Shown: positions 13,720 through 27,775, counted from the stretch's first letter. The stretch is 64,000 bases of DNA from the human T2T-CHM13v2.0 reference genome, Homo sapiens (GCF_009914755.1 NC_060925.1); one strand, 5' to 3'. Numbers and translations: made by a program. The notes: generated from the sequence alone by a model not told the origin.

Positions 13720-14050
13720 CATAGGAGATTGCAAAAATCACAACTCTTCACCTTTCCCTCTGTGCAGGTCCTTTGCAGCTAACTGTATAATTAGTTCTAC
13801 TCATCAAAAGGAGAGTCTGTTTATTCCCCACCACTTCCAAACATGGTTAAGCCTCGTGCCTTGCTTTGGCCAGTAGAATAAGGTAAAAGTAACATCCTGA
13901 CGGTTCGGGCCTCAAGTGTCTTTGCATGCTTCTGCTTTCTTTCTTGGAAATCTGCCACTGCCTTGTGAGAAAGCCCTGCCTTGGCTGCCAGATGATGACA
14001 GGCTTGTGGCCCATTTACCCTGTCACCCCAGATGACAGCCAGCTGTCTGA
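13720..14050 (+). mobile_element. Old MLT1 (F/G/H-type) LTR fragment
   Basis: ttgctttggccagtagaat...gcatgcttctgctttctttcttggaa...ttgtgagaaagccc motifs. Confidence 0.55.
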
Positions 14051-17000
14051 CAAAGAGTCACTGAGGAGAGGGAATCTATGAGGCACACTCCCTAATTTTT
14101 CCATTATCACACCATAAAAGGAAATCAGTTGACAAGGAAGTTATCTGCTTTCATCTGAAGTCATTGACCTGGTTCTCAGAGAAAAGACCAATTGAGATCA
14201 ATCGGATAAAGGCCTGTGAAAAGATTACTGGACCAAATCTATAACCTAGTGCTGAAATGTAGAACATTTGCAGTAAAACCAAAAATAATCTGGGCATAGA
14301 AGAACTTCCCTGTATTTTATGCTCCAGAAGTCTGAGCCTTTATTCTCCCTAACCAGCCTTGGTGTCCTACCCTCTATGGACAACTTCAGTGTGTGTCAGC
14401 TAGTAAATGGGACAAATAGTGATACCACTAACTCCTTAAGGCTTAAAACAAGGTAACATAGAATATAGAGAGGGTATATCATTAGGGAAGAAACTTTTGG
14501 GGGTTGTGATGTGTGGTTGTTATGTAAGAAAACTGTGGGGTACCAGATGAACTGGAGCAGTCCTGGGGGCTATGGGGGAGAGTAGTCATAGTCACAGGTC
14601 AACTTGAGGACAGTGCCAGTAAGTGCAGGGTGTCAAATATGGGTCTCCACTACCAACTGAGATGAATTAAATATGGCCCATTTTTGTCTCATTGTTTTTG
14701 GGTTAGACAAACACTATATACTTTTTTGCATTATTGATTTTTCAGTGGGCAGATTTTTTTTGCTTCATTGTTTTCGATACTGATTAAATCATGTTTGCTT
14801 TATGTGTCAGAGGTAAATGGAGTAATGTTTGCACTAGGATCAGCTTTTTAAAATACATGCCCCCTTTTTCTGGTCAGTAACTTTTGAAGAATAAACCACT
14901 TAGATGGAAACAGGCAAATGATTTTCCAGCTTGGTCACAAAAAGTCATTGTTGTGTTGCCTGGATTTTTGTTGTTGGTTGTGTAGTTTAGGGCCGAGGTC
15001 TATTTTATTTTATTTATTTTGCCCTTGGGAATACAAAAAACTGTGTAGCAAATAAACCAAGAGAAAACAATATAGCAAACCTTGCTATATCCAACAAATA
15101 GAGCGTGAAGAAGGTAAGGAATATGTGAACCAGGCAGATAAGGAAGTGAGGTTATTTTCCAAGTTGATGAAGAAATAATATGATACTTGTATCTTCCCCT
15201 TTCATAATAATAAGTTACTTATAATCTACTGTATATTTTGAAAATTAATGTTTTAATTTCCATTTGTTATAATTGGAATGTAATTTTTATAAATGTAAAC
15301 ATTTCTATTTGTAATAACCTACCACAGTGCCTAGATTTCAAAGTAGATTCAAATGATTTTGAATCTACTTTGTTTTCAAAAACATTGTTTTAACATTAGG
15401 ACATAGCTGTTTTCCTATACTGCATATCTGTATATATTTACATTACATGTGAATTTTTTCCTTTAAAAAACAAAAATTTCTTATACTTGATGGAATCCCA
15501 TATATCTTAGTCAATTGTTACACATTTTCAATATAGCCAATGTTGGTGTATATACAATAACAACCAGAAGTCAAAAAAAGATTCAAGAACGGTATCATTC
15601 AAAAGAGGAATGGAAAAACATTAAAAAGAACCCACTTTTATCTCTTTTCAATGTTGAACAAAAGTCCAAACTCAAGCAATTCTCATTGTCACATTTTAAA
15701 ATATCCTTCTCCATGCCCTTCTGTGCTACAGGATTTCCTGTGTAATGATTATCAATGTTGAAGTGAAAAGAGACAGCTGAATTCATCAGTGGGATAGGAG
15801 GGTCAAGTCAAGTTACCAGCATTCCACACGACTGATTTAGTAAGAGACAAATCCTGCTGATCTCCTTGGGTCCCATATGGCCATGGGAAGCTTTATTCTT
15901 TCTATTCTTTTTAGAGAAGCTGCATTATATACAGTAGCTCTTGCTTTCCATAGCACTTTCCAGCAGTAGCCTGTAGACTCATTCTACTCAACAACAGAGC
16001 CAATTCTGCCAAACCTGAGAAGAATCTAAGCCCCACTCAAACTTGGGAAGTTTGGACTTGAATAATTATTTGAAGTTTTACGTCTTTTTCACCAAGATGA
16101 TGATAGCATGAGATGGCATAAGACTTATTTTTATTTGGGTGGAGATGAGGAAGTAATGGTTAGTTCTGTGCTGACTATATTAAAAATGAAATGCACGAGG
16201 GACTTGCAAGCGTAAAACTCAGAGAGACAGCTGGCTACAGGCCTAGAGTGCGTGGCAGGCATCTGAATGGGTGATCATGTGTTTGAAAGCCATTAACATG
16301 TATGTAGTGGTTGAAATCAGGGACACAGTTGTGGAAATTGAAAGGACATATTAAAAAGGAGTAGCCAAAAAAAGAGTTAGAAAACAAATAAGAGAAGTAG
16401 AATCTTGGAAACCAAAGGAAGAGGTAATTTTAAGAAATAAATGGGAACAATGAAATGACCAGCACATTGAGAAACCATAAGTCATGAGAAGCAATCATAA
16501 ATCAGTTTTATTTTTGTCTTTCACTGACCCTTTAAACATATAATATGGAGCTAATTCCCCCATGTTCCATGTGGATATAAAATGAGTTAGTCACTTGGCT
16601 TTTCTGGTCTTTCTCAGGCAATAGAATGTCCTACAGTTACTTTACATTGCAAAATACAAATTCAATTCAGAAAATAGAAAGTCTAATCCTGTATATTAGT
16701 CAACATTCCAATCTTTATTTAAAGAACAGACATTTTCAAGAACATACTTCTCTTCCTTTCATCAAGCTAGGACATGATAAAGGCAGCAAGTCTATAATCA
16801 GAGAAGGTAGCTTGGTTAGCCTCCTCCCTCATGTAGAGGCTGCAGGAAGGGTAGAAACTCACTTGGACTAGAACCACCCAAAGCAGTCTATTGTCTCTGG
16901 TCCTGCATATACATAAAACTGACTTATCACTGACAGTGGTACATTCCTGACTTCTTCATTGATCTTTCTCACCATTAGGTATCTCTCACCTTTTGTTTTA

Positions 17001-18734
17001 GTGCAGTCAGATGCATTTTCTTTTTGACTGGTTGCTTATTAACCTGTAGTCCACAGTAATCTTGTCCTTTATTCTACACAGGCCCCTTTATCTTCTAAGT
17101 GGTACTTTGAGCACAGACTAAGACAACCTTACCCTGTCTTTCTTCCTTGTGGTCTTCATCCGGTCATGAGAAATACGTAGTCTTCCTTGTCATGATGAAC
17201 TCTGGGAGTCTAAGATATGCAGGGCACTGTCTTCTAGCTTACCTATCCAAACCTGGGTAGACTGTCTCTTCTCAGTTAGATTTGCCAGGTCTAAGATAGA
17301 TATCAATGCACTGGTCTCTCCAACTGCAGGAGACACATGTCACCCTTCAAGGGATCAAATAAGACCTTCTCACTGGACTCAAGTGGAAAGCACCACTGAC
17401 CCCTCCCTTTTTCCCACCAGTGAAACCTGTTCCCTCATTCTGTCTTTTCCTTAACCCATTTTTGTTTATTATATCTCTTTATAGACCTTGTCTTTGATTT
17501 GGATGAGAATTTAATAGTCACATAACTAGTTCTTGAATGTCTGCATGTTGCAAGTTCTGCTAACTTGTATGTTCTGCTAACATGTATGTACCACACATGG
17601 TGAATAAAGAATGAATGAGAAAGAAACAAAATGAAGAAGAAAAAAAATCTGATCTTTTATTTTTTAAATCATGTTTTCTTGAATCATAGTGCTCTTTTTA
17701 AATGTTAGTAAGTGAATGAAGAGTGAGAGATTAGACAATAACTTTCAGGGCTCATAAAGCAGGGCAGAATCAAAGGAAGGAGTTTGTAGAATGAATAGCA
17801 TTTTTGTAGGCAGTTATGATGTTACCTATAGAGAGATGTTTGAGTTAAAATAAAGGGAGGATTTGATGGAGCAAAGATCATGGAATGGAGGAACAAGAGT
17901 AGGAAAACAGGAAGGGATCATATCAAGGACTGGGAACAGGTTATTTTTAGGCAAAAATACACAGGATTTTCTTCTAAGACTAGATAAAAAATTAAAAATG
18001 TGTGACAATGTAGACAAGCTGGAGGTGGAGAAAAGATAATCTGGAGATACATGTATCTGGCTTTATTTTGTCTATGAGCAGAGGGCCAGATTATCTGCAA
18101 GGGCAAGAGCATGGAATTAAAACTGAGGAGACTGGTAGGAGTTTAAAGGGGGAAAGAAAGTAAATTGATAAGAAGTACATACATGGTAGTGCTTCAGATC
18201 AGCATAGGCACATGATCTTTCCCCACGTCCTCACAGATCAGGGCAGGTGTAGGGTGATCGTCTCTGGAGCTGACCCCACAGTACAGCAGAAGGGAGCCCA
18301 CAATCAGGTACTCAAAAGGGTCATAATTAAAAAGGTTTTGCCTCAGGCTAGAAGTAGAAGACAGTGAAGTTAGGGATGGGGTTGATCAAAAGAGGATTAA
18401 GGAGGGATAATGGGATAAAGATTAAGAGAAGTTAAGGAGCAGGTTATGTGAGGCTTCCAGGGTGAATTGGAATTGGAAAGATGTGATATATCCATAGAAT
18501 AGCATTCATGGGATTAGGAAGATTTGAGAAATAGAGAAATTATAAGTGATCACAAAATCCAGGGTGTAGCCATGGAAATGGGTTGCTGGAGTGGGGAATG
18601 AATGAAGAGGCCAAAGAACTGCATCAGTACATGTCAAAGTAGTTTAAAATAATGGCAGGAGTTAGAAAAGGGAGAAAAATAGAATCCCTCTGAAAAGGAA
18701 AACCTGGAACTGGAAAGATAAGAACAAAGGGGAT

Positions 18735-19090
18735 TGATATGGTTTGGCTGTGTCCCCACCCAAATCTCATCTTGAATTGTAACTCCCACAATTCCCATGT
18801 GTTGTGGGAGTAACACAGTGAGAGGTGATTGAATTATGGGGTAGGGTCTTTCCCCTGCTGTTCTCATGAGAGTAAATAAGTCTCACGATATCTGATGGTT
18901 TTAAAAAGGGGAGTTTCCCTGCACAAGCTTTCTTCTCTCTGCCACCATGTGAGACGTGTCTTTCACCTTCCACTGCAATTGTGAGGTCTCCCAAGCCATG
19001 TGGAATTGTAAGTCCCGTAAACTTCTTTCTTTTGTAAATTGCCCAGTCTCAGGTATGTCTTTATCAGCAGCATGAAAACGGACTAATACA
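18735..19090 (+). mobile_element. THE1 (THE1C-like) solo LTR
   Basis: tgatatggtttggctgtgtcccc...gactaataca with an exact 5-bp TSD gggat (18730-18734 and 19091-19095). Confidence 0.92.
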
Positions 19091-19248
19091 GGGATGGAAG
19101 AAAAGTGCGACCATTTCCAAGGACAATTTGTAATTTTAAAAAGGTAATCTCACCACCCCCATCAATATAACAGGAGCCAACTAATATGTAAAGATATCCA
19201 AACTCATTTATATAAAACTTGTGGATCTTTTTGTTTAAAACACACACT

Positions 19249-19959
<711 letters not shown>

Positions 19960-21221
19960 TGAATTCTTTCTTTATTGTAACTTCGGTATCTTCTAAAAAT
20001 GTAGCTTATACCCACTTCTTTGGTCCTTCCTATTCCTTATCAATTTATGTAAACATTTAAATCCACCTTCTAACCCAGGGAATCTAGCTCCAGTGCTAGT
20101 CAGGCCTACTGCAGAGTGACAGGTGATGGAACAGTACTTATTAAGCAATTCTTGTTCCTGGACTAAAGTAAGGTGGGGAGTGAGAGTGAGATGGGTAGAT
20201 AATGGGAGAGGAACAGAATGGGGTAAAAGGCTCAGCCACGAATTTAAGAACATTGTAGGGTAGAGGAAGCAGTGTAATGAAGGGAATCAGATCTCACTTA
20301 AAGAAAAAAAGTTAAGTGAAAAAGCTGAGACAATCAGACATCCCCAGGTCACTGAGCAGGCGTTTTGCTGATAACCCTGGGAAGACTGACAAAGGGGATG
20401 AGTAGAACAAAAATGGGTAATTGAATGTCACAAAATGGCACTGATGGGAATGAGTGTTGCAAGGAGGACAGTGGGTTGGGGAAGATATTTTTCTCCTGGT
20501 AGATGTGGTCAGAACTATGAAAAAGACAGAGGTGGCCAGGAGTGAAACAAACCAGCCCAAGAGTTCCAACTGGGGAATCTGTAGAATATTATTTCAAAAA
20601 AATTACATCTAGGAGCTAGTATGTGCAGTAACTGGCTCCTATTTTACTATCAAAATCCTGACAGTGCTTTTTATTTACTATTTACTGTACCATGCGCTTT
20701 GTATACTCATTTAGATGATTTATAATAACATCTGTAGAAAAGAGTCACAATGGTCTCAGACCATCAAGGTAACATTTCTACGGTGATAGAAGTAGAGCGT
20801 CACAGATTAAAATATATGCATGTATGTCAAGAAAACAAAAATTATTTTAATAAAATTTTAAATGATTTTTGTAGTTTTTAAAAATCACATCAAATTTTAA
20901 AAGAAAGTCAAAATGAACTAGTTTAAGTTCTTTTTCAGTAATTACCCTGTCACCTGTCCACCCTCTAATGGAGGTGTTAATGAGGAGTGGAACAGCCAAA
21001 AGGCAGGCAGCAGGGGGGCAATGAGTTTAAAAGAGCCCAGATAATCACAAACCCTGAAATAATTAGCAATTAGATTTATAAATATACACATATTGAGAGA
21101 CAGATTTGACTCATTTTATTACATGCTTTCTGAGTTCAGCACACACTACTAGCTTCTCAGGGATAGGAGCTTCAAAGAATTCATAGATTTAGTCTGAACT
21201 TTAGACAAGCTCATAATCTCA

Positions 21222-21222
<1 letters not shown>

Positions 21223-21265
<43 letters not shown>

Positions 21266-21270
21266 CACAG
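21223..21270. repeat. Compound (CT)n(CA)n microsatellite
   Basis: Directly visible. Confidence 0.9.
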
Positions 21271-21578
21271 AATTGGCATTATAGCACATCTTCAAAAATA
21301 CAGCAATAAACACAAATGAGTGAAGGCAAATGGCCACAGATACCCAGAGAATAAGAAGTAGAATATTAAAGAGAGTGTAACTTTGAAAAATGATTTACTT
21401 TCATAATATACTTTACATACTGAAAAAAATCATATCACAGAATACAAAGCTATGTTTCTCATCTGCCAGTCTTTAAAGCTAAATTAGAAACGCAAGGAAA
21501 ATATAAATAGATGCAATGAACTAATAAATATGCAATAAATTCAAGGGCAATGAAGAACAAAGCACATACATATATCCC

Positions 21579-21631
21579 ATATATATATATATATTATATA
21601 TATATAATATATATATATAATATATATACAC

Positions 21632-21664
<33 letters not shown>
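21579..21664. repeat. Compound (AT)n-(GA)n microsatellite
   Basis: Directly visible. Confidence 0.9.
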
Positions 21665-21901
21665 AAGTATGAGTATGTGTATTTTCTTCTTCAGATATGT
21701 CTTTTCCTGTCTTTCTCCACATCCAGACTCTCAGCTTTTTGAGAGAAAATATATTTTATCTCATTCAACATTCCCAGATGCTAGGATGGGCCACATCTAT
21801 CAATATATAGCAACCCACTCTAGGAAATATTCAAAGATTAGCATACATTAAGTAAATGTGGATGTCACGGAACAAAAAACATATCAATAACAAAAAAACA
21901 C

Positions 21902-22198
21902 TTTTTTTTTTTTGAGACAGAGTCTTGCCCTGTCTCCCAGGCTGGAGTACAGTGGCGCGATCTCGGCTCACTGCAACCTACCCCTCCCGGTTCAAGCGAT
22001 TCTTCTGCCTCAGACTTCTGAGTAGTTGGGACTACAGGTGCATGCCACCTTGCCCAGCTAATTTTTGTAGTTTTAGTAAAGACGGGGTTTCACCGTGTTG
22101 GCCAGGATGATATCGACCTCTTGACCTCGGACCTCGTGATCCGCCTGCCTTGGTCTCTCAAAGTGCTGGGATTACAGGTGTGAGCCACCAAGCCGGGC
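21902..22198 (-). mobile_element. AluS about 100 nt downstream of the exon 14 donor
   Basis: Full Alu; near-TSD aaaaaaaacacttttt / aaaaaaaatacttttt; internal gacctcg duplication. Confidence 0.92.
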
Positions 22199-22299
22199 AA
22201 AAAAAATACTTTTTACAGAAGTTATTGCTTTGCAACTGCCAAAAAAAGTTAACTGTTGCTAAAGAAAGAGTTAAATTATTAAAGCTTATAAAGATGTAC

Positions 22300-22483
22300 C
22301 TTCCAGTCTGAGGATCAAATCCAAAGTAATGGTCTTTGCATTGGTCACAACGTTGCCCAGCAATGGAAGCATCTTGGCAAACACACTGACCAGTCAGGCT
22401 ATTACAGATGTGATTAACTGCACCAGTTGTATGGCATGAGCATGGCAGGCAGCCAGTGGCATTGCCTGGAGAAATATAAAAAC
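22300..22483 (-). CDS. USH2A: Usherin exon 14 (c.2810-2993)
   Basis: Acceptor tttctttatttctAG and donor AAG|GTACAT; 184 nt, phase 1 to 2; (G)FYISPGNATGCLPCSCHTTGAVNHICNSLTGQCVCQDASIAGQRCDQCKDHYFGFDPQTG(R). Confidence 0.97.
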
Positions 22484-22599
22484 CTAGAAATAAAGAAATT
22501 AAAAGTTTTATATATACTTTTTATCCACTCTTTTATTTAAAGCATAATAATTGATTACACAGAAAAACAGAATACTCTACCAAGGCACTAATTCCCAAT

Positions 22600-23940
22600 A
22601 CAAATGTGGTTATATCTGTCCTTCAGTGTGTCAATTATGACCAAAGAAAAACTGAGTAAATTATCTACATTGGACTTGGGTGCCTCCCAGGTCCTACAAT
22701 TCAATGTATTTAAAATCTACCATGCAATATTTCAATATTTCTACAAAAAACTTGACCTCCTCTAATCAGCTCCATTACAACAGATATTACCAGTCATTCA
22801 GTTGCTTTGCCTAGAACACTGAGGTACCTTTGGTAGGGCAGACTTATAAAATATAGGAAGCCAGTTACATTTGAATTTCTAACAAATAATGAAATTTTTT
22901 AGCAAAGGTGCAGCCCATGCAGCATTTGCTCAGACTAAAAAAAGTTATCTGAAATTCAAATTAAACTAATTCTGTATTTTACTAAAACAAAAGCTTGCAT
23001 CCTCCACTTCTCTGACCCCCTATATTTTGCTAATTACCAAGTCCTATGGATGTTGCCTCCTAACAATTTTAAACCTTCCACTCTTCATCCCCGCTACGAC
23101 CTCCCAGATAAAGTCACCAACCACTTTTTTTATAACTAATACTTCAAACTAGATGCTACTGTAGGGGCTTTATCTTGAGCATCTCATTTAGTTGTCATAG
23201 AAATGCAAATAATGCATGAATTATTATTACATCTATTCTGTCAATTGGAAAACAGAAGATTGAGAAGGTTAACACACTTTCCTAAAATGGTAGAGTTAAT
23301 GGATAGCAAAACCCAGGTTTACACCCAGACCACCCAGTCCCGGAGGCCATCTCTTCTAATTGCATCCCTCTTGTCCTGTTCCAATCTATTCTTCGTAGCA
23401 GTCTTTTTCCAAAGTGCAGTTTGGACATTTCACTTCTCTATTTGAAACTACCTGATGACTTCCTATTCCCTTTAGGAAATAAATCCAAATCTCTCACTCA
23501 GCTTTCAATCCTACAGTCAGGTCCCAGCTACGTCTCTAGCTTTAGCTCATGGCTCATCCCCCCGCTCAGTCCATTGCAGTCATATTTGTTCCTCTTCTTG
23601 AGACCTAAAGGCCTTTTCATGGGCCGTTCTGTCTGCTGGGATGATTTTGACCTATCTCTGTTGCTCAGTTCACTCATGTAAGTCAGGTCTCGTGACTTCC
23701 TCAGGCAACTTTCCCTAGGCCAGGCTAGGTATACCTGTTACAAATGCATAGCATCCTGTTTGTTTCCTAAGTGTTCATGAAAATTATAATCAATCTCATT
23801 TCCACCAAAATCTAACTTCCATAAGGGCAGAAAACCCATCTGCTTCATTCATCATTGTCTCCCTAGCAGCCAGTACACTGCTTGGCACATAGTAGGCATT
23901 CCAAACACATTCGATGAACAAATAAAAATGAGTTCAATTA
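22600..23940 (+). mobile_element. Fragmented L2 with MER53 and MIR insertions
   Basis: L2 3' motifs (ccataagggcagaaaacccatctgc...cttggcacatagtaggcatt). Boundaries approximate. Confidence 0.55.
22834..23000. mobile_element. MER53 palindromic MITE
   Basis: ccagttacatttgaatttct...ttatctgaaattcaaattaaact form inverted arms, as in the recalled MER53 consensus. Confidence 0.65.
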
Positions 23941-25336
23941 TTAAACAGGCTGTGAGCCCTGCAAGTAGTACACACACAAAAAAAGCCTGCAGAATTTAGA
24001 GATTTTAGCTTACCTCTAAAACTCATATTTTTTTTCTTATGGAAAAAGGAAAGAAATACAAATATGATTCAAAAGTTTATTCAAATTACTTAAAATCTCT
24101 TCAGACCCAGGAGATGGAAGTTAACTGTTATAGAATTAGAAAGTTATCAGGCAGTTGAATGTGGAGCAGGCATATGAGGGAGAAATGGTTCTTAGTGTTG
24201 TGTGATGTGTGTGTTCATGTATGTGTACATATACATATACACACATGCACAGACCCATGGGTACACACACAAGCCCGTGCAAAATGCTGCAAAGAATTTT
24301 ACTGAAACAATGGGGTAGAAGGATCACAGAAGGATTCTAATGAATACAGTTACAGCAAATAAAAATGAATTGTACAATTGTCATGACACTAATTTAAAGT
24401 TCATAAAATAGCAATGATATTGAAAGAAGGAGAGCATGAGCAAAAAGTGAATCTATTCTCTTATCTATTATATAGGGAACAGCAAAAAGTAATTAGGATA
24501 CTCTAAAACTCATTCCAGGCTCTTGTTGAAAACAAGCCATTTTCTTATAGTTACCAACAATTGGGTTTTTTTCCTTCCCCTAGATCCTATACATTCTGTC
24601 TTACAAAGTTTCAAGGGCAGCAAAATAGAAAACATTGTGCTCAATGAGAGGAAAAGAAAGAGCTCAAAATATGTGCCATTCAGTTGGCGGAAATCAACTA
24701 ATACTATCATTTTTATCATAATTTACAGCCAGGTTACGCTATTTGTTTATTTGTACCACCTGACAGCAATTTCCCTTATATATACATATCCAGAAATAGA
24801 GCATGGCCATGACAATTAGTATATATTCTTGTACCTGATTCATCACATGATCAAAGTCAAATTCAGAAGGCTTCCATTTAAATTCAAGGCCACTGTGGTT
24901 GTGATTCTTTGTATTTTTCTTCCTGTGAAGGTATCTAGGCCCTTAAATCCATGATGATGGCATCATGAATGTGCTAACAGCTCTCCAATTTGGATAAATT
25001 ACCCATTAGCACAGATACTTACAAGTAGAATTAATTTAGACTTACTGCAATAGCTCCAAGCCACAGAGAATTTGGAAAAATTAAGGGCGATTTTTAGAAG
25101 AAATGATGTATTAGATAAACCTGTAAGTACAAGTAGGGGATAGCATTTTGGTGCAGAAGTTGGGTAGTCCAAGTTTTGGGGAATAAAGAATGTCACAGAA
25201 AAATCAGAAGTACAAGCAGAGAAGAACTAAAAAGATGCTAAAGCACCTAGGGAGACTGAAAGTGAAGGTAGGGCTTCCAGGAAAAGACTGCATGGGAATT
25301 TGCCTTGGGGTTAATTCCCCTCCTCCTCTCAGGAGC

Positions 25337-25431
25337 CTGATTATAAAGGTTAATCCCACCAGTATTTTAGCTGTCCTATTTTTAAGCAGTTCTAATTAGG
25401 ATGACTCAGGTAACTTCCTGCTTAAAGATTA
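25337..25431. promoter_or_regulatory. Candidate intronic enhancer (CRX/OTX2, MEF2, homeodomain, AP-1, ETS motifs)
   Basis: CTGATTA 25337, TTAATCCC 25350, CTATTTTTAA 25376, CTAATTAG 25392, TGACTCA 25402, ACTTCCTG 25413, AAGATTA 25425. Motif evidence only. Confidence 0.4.
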
Positions 25432-27775
25432 CCTCTTGCCTTACCTGAATGTGCCTAATTCTAGACCATTACCTCCTTTTATGACTTCCAACTATAGAAA
25501 ACAATCTTTTCCCTTCCCTTCCACTTAAACATCAACTCCTGAATGTGGCTTAATTATAACTGACCTCAATTTACTTTAATGTAATGCATTTCTGATACCC
25601 CTTTGTTAGCTCTTCTTCATGTTCCAAATCTTTATATATCTGTAGCATTGTAACTGATCATATTGAGATTTCATTCCATGAATGATTTTGTACCACATTC
25701 TTAAGCATGGTCATTAGGACAACATTATTACCTTGCATTACGTAGTGCTGAGAGTTCACATATACATGGTCCAAATCAGCTCGCTAGTTTATTATTTTCC
25801 CATATTATTTAGCTGACCCTTGGTTTTAGACATGACAAATCTCAAGTGGAAAAAAATGTATCATCCAGCTAAAACAAAGAGTCACCCATATTGTAAAATA
25901 GTGTGGCTTTGCCTAGGAGAAGAATCTACAGAGTTCAAAGTTATTAGCAAGGCAGCTGGTATTATCTCCTGCAGCGGCTATTTGCATAGCACAGTACTTG
26001 TCCTGGGCATAAAAGAAGAGCCCATTTCCCAGCAATGTCTCTCCTGAGGACCATGAACAACTAGGCTTTGCCAAGGTCTTGAGAGGGAGAAAGAAAAGAA
26101 GTGTAACCTCTAGGCTTTATTCAAGAAAGGAGGGCAATGCTGGGGCTAAGCACTAATTGTAAGACATTTAGAAGAAACTACTCTCACCTTAAGGCAGAAA
26201 ATGGACATAATAGTTACACAAGAGCCTGGGGAGGGATGGGTGGCTCACCTATATCCATGCAACAAAAGACTATCTTGGTAATGGCTTTATGAATCAATAT
26301 TTTCAATATTGTTGTATTGTTTGTAAACTATATTTCAGTATAGTTGATGATGGTAGTTTTCAAATTAAAACAATAATAATTTTCCTCCATTTGGTAGTTT
26401 TATATAAAATCATGCTAAAATTACTTCTAGACTTGATCAAGTGAATACATAAATATTAATATTATTCATCCCAAGGTATAATTTCTCTTTTTTAAAACAA
26501 TTTTTAAGGGTTTTTCAATTAAATTAGGTATGCTTTAAATGTTCTGCTGTTATTTTTTTTTTCTGGGCTGCTACTCCCTTCTTGAGCAGCTTGCTGATTC
26601 CTATTTCCTTTTAAAAGTCAGTTCAGAAATCATTTTCTCTAAGTTCCTAAGACCCCTCATCCTTCAAGAATTAATCATTTCCTTCACTTTACTACTTCTC
26701 TATATTGTATATTTCTAATATGGCTCTCATCACATTGTGATACATTTACATGTGAGTCAGTTTCCCCTACTAAATCACAATGTCTTAGTATATTTGTGAT
26801 TGTATACCTTAACACCAACATAGTCTCTGGTAATTTACTCAATAGATGTTTATTGAAAAACAGATGTATGAATGAAATGGATAGAGAGCTGAATGGATGA
26901 ATGGGTGGATAGATGGATAAATATCTTCTATCCTCTAAAATATGAGATGATCCCTTTAACACTGAAAAGGAAAATGGTAAACATAAATCTGTGAGTCATG
27001 AGAGTGGTTGGTCAGAGTGGCCTGTCCTATCAGGGAGTCTAGAGAGGAGTGTATATGGATCAGACACAATAAATTTAAAATATAGTGCTCGTCACAGCAA
27101 CAGATGGAACAGAGCTGCAGAAAGAAAATGTCACCCTAAAACTATATCTTAGCTCTTAAACAAAGGACATAATAATATGCTCATGTAAGGGAAAACATTA
27201 TTGGAATTTTCTGTTTCATAAATAATCCAATTTTTCTATTTATGTGAATACCCATGAAAGGCCCTCATTAACATATTCTCTAAGAATCAAATCCAATAAC
27301 AACAAATAACCCAAATAATGACAACTCTGATTACATCTTGGAGATTATAATTAATATATGTATGTGTATGCATATTCAAAATCCACAGCAAAACTTATAT
27401 TCTCTGTTCCCATTCAGTGTTTATCAAATGCATGCTCTAAAGCCTGTCTCCTGTGCCATTCCAACCATCTCCAGAATTTCTCCAACTAAGTTCTCGGAGA
27501 TAATTCCATTTCTAGACCCCTTCAATTTACCTCATCATTATTTGAACTCTGTGGTTTCCCAGGACTCTGTTAATTTTCATTTTATGCCTACTACTTGGGT
27601 TTTGAACAACAAATGAGGTATCCCAGAATGTGAAGCAGTAAGCCAGAATCATGAGTTGAGGTATGCTTGAAAGTGGATGAAATAAACAGTATTTATCTAA
27701 CTCACCCTCAAATATTTGTTGTGTGAATGTGTAAGATAAATATTGAGTTAGTTATTTAGAAAAAGTTCCACTCTT

